From assembly GCA_965235115.1 (NCBI GenBank), contig OZ249436.1, positions 18,292,001 to 18,356,000 on the forward strand: a DNA stretch of 64,000 bases, read 5' to 3'. Of this stretch, positions 62,747 through 64,000 are shown piece by piece. The notes beneath the pieces are model-generated. The model was not told where the DNA came from. It did no database searches and worked only from the letters and a program-made list of their open reading frames with translations. A program made the translations under genes and the position numbers. The number at the start of each line of letters is the position of its first letter. Within the stretch, counting starts at the first letter, position 1. The stretch comes from Laetmonice hystrix (lineage: Eukaryota).

Positions 62747-64000
62747 CAGGGGTGGCGTTTGGACTCGACCGGTCGACCGAGGCGACTAAAAATGAGCCCG
62801 GGCGACTAGGCATTCAAAGAACACACGCCCGGTTGGCGACTAGCAAATTCTGGGGACATAGATCTAGGCCTACTTACATTTTTCAGGTCTGACTGGGGCT
62901 AATTTATTGCAAAACCAGCACATTATCTCGAATGGTTTGTCCACTTTCGACGCTTCATAAACTTCCGGTTGGTATGGTCATGACATGTGCGCGACTGACA
63001 GTATGAGTCCGTACGCGGTACATTATTAGTTCGGCTGTTTGCCGCTATGACGCGTTTCAGTGGTGACTGGCGCTGTATGCAGCAAGACGCTGATCAACGT
63101 CTGATTTATTGGCATCGCGTGTGAACCTCCATATGGGCACCTGGCAACAGGATAACACTGTTTGCCGCCGCGGTAATCCATCAGTAAACTTGCAGACGAC
63201 AACCCTGATTATCTAACAACATGTGGAGATATCTACAAGGAGTAGCCCCCCCACCTCCCAAAAAGGTCAAATTAGGTGACGAACAGCGGAAGGAGCATGA
63301 CAGAGAGTATGAAAAGTTGAGATGCAGATCATTCTTTGCAGGGTGGCAGAAAGGGAGAGAATGGCTAATCTATGATAAAGACAAAACGCAGATGTGGTGT
63401 GAATGCTGTAAGCAGTTTTCAACCTCCCAGAAGGGAGGTCCCTTTGTACAAGGCACAAACCACTTCAAGCTGGAAAATATACAGGCCCATGAGAAGTCAG
63501 TTTGCCACAGTCGCTGTCTAGCTATTCATAAAGCAAAGGAAACCCCTTCCACCTCTGCAACCGAGCTGATGCTAACAAAAATTAGCTCCTACCAGGCTGC
63601 CAAAATGTCAATCCTGTTTAGGAATGCCCATGCGTTAGCTAAGCAAGCCAGACCCTTCACTGACTACTCCTGGATGTGCACCCTAGACAAGAAGAAAGGT
63701 CTGAAGATAGGAAAAACATACACCAACAGGAAGCAGGCGCCAACTTTTGTAGGTTACATAGCAGATGTAGAGCGTCAACGACTGAGGGACCAGTTTCATG
63801 AGGCTAAATACCTGACACTGATGTCTGATGGATCAACAGACAGCTCTATCATAGAGGAGGAGATAATCTATGCTAGATATGCCATCAAAGGGGAGGTGCA
63901 CGTCCATTTCTGCAGCCTCCAGCCAGTTGGAAAACCAGATGCACAGAACATCACCAGTGCTATCAGAAACGGCGCTACTAAGGTCCTGCCAGACTGGCAG
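62747..64000 (+). mobile_element. hAT DNA transposon, left end (runs off window)
   Basis: CAGGGGTGGCG terminus with subterminal GGCGACTA repeats, followed by a transposase ORF. Confidence 0.78.
63221..64000 (+). CDS. ZNF862-like hAT transposase, partial (260 codons, open to the window edge)
   Basis: Manual translation: MWRYLQG...FFAGWQKGREWLIYD...MWCECCK...HEKSVCH (TTF-type Zn finger), LFRNAHALAKQARPFTDY, then LMSDGSTDSSIIEEEIIY (first catalytic D). No stop codon. Confidence 0.88.
   Translation, partial: MWRYLQGVAPPPPKKVKLGDEQRKEHDREYEKLRCRSFFAGWQKGREWLIYDKDKTQMWCECCKQFSTSQKGGPFVQGTNHFKLENIQAHEKSVCHSRCLAIHKAKETPSTSATELMLTKISSYQAAKMSILFRNAHALAKQARPFTDYSWMCTLDKKKGLKIGKTYTNRKQAPTFVGYIADVERQRLRDQFHEAKYLTLMSDGSTDSSIIEEEIIYARYAIKGEVHVHFCSLQPVGKPDAQNITSAIRNGATKVLPDWQ

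Noticed and set aside
1..64000. tRNA, rRNA or prokaryotic operon and defence-system features
   Set aside because: No cloverleaf or rRNA-like segment was recognised by eye, and the gene structure is spliceosomal. A covariance-model scan was not run.

Overview
Eukaryotic, repeat-rich genomic DNA with GT-AG introns, probably from a marine invertebrate (inferred from gene and TE families). Three host genes are supported: (1) a single-coding-exon, signal-anchored FkbM-family SAM methyltransferase (- strand, 697-1722); (2) a two-exon RING + degenerate B-box + NHL protein that lacks a coiled coil (+ strand, 6512-8234); (3) a nine-exon, 410-aa ceramide glucosyltransferase (UGCG)-like gene (+ strand, 24376-42770). 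The UGCG-like reading frame is intact, but the residues matching mammalian K124, D144 and H193 are replaced while D92, D236 and RxxRW are kept. The rest is a dense, often nested set of transposons. These include a decayed AcademX-type element (DDE + XPG-like nuclease) with two younger insertions, fused to the 3' half of a Gypsy element carrying an env-like ORF. There is also an open ZNF862-like hAT transposase running off the right edge (missed by the ORF track), a 4.9-kb CCCAGTG-ended element, and many Harbinger, Kolobok, piggyBac, Tc1 and hAT-type MITEs with readable TIRs and TSDs. All calls come from manual reading and translation. No database search was run.
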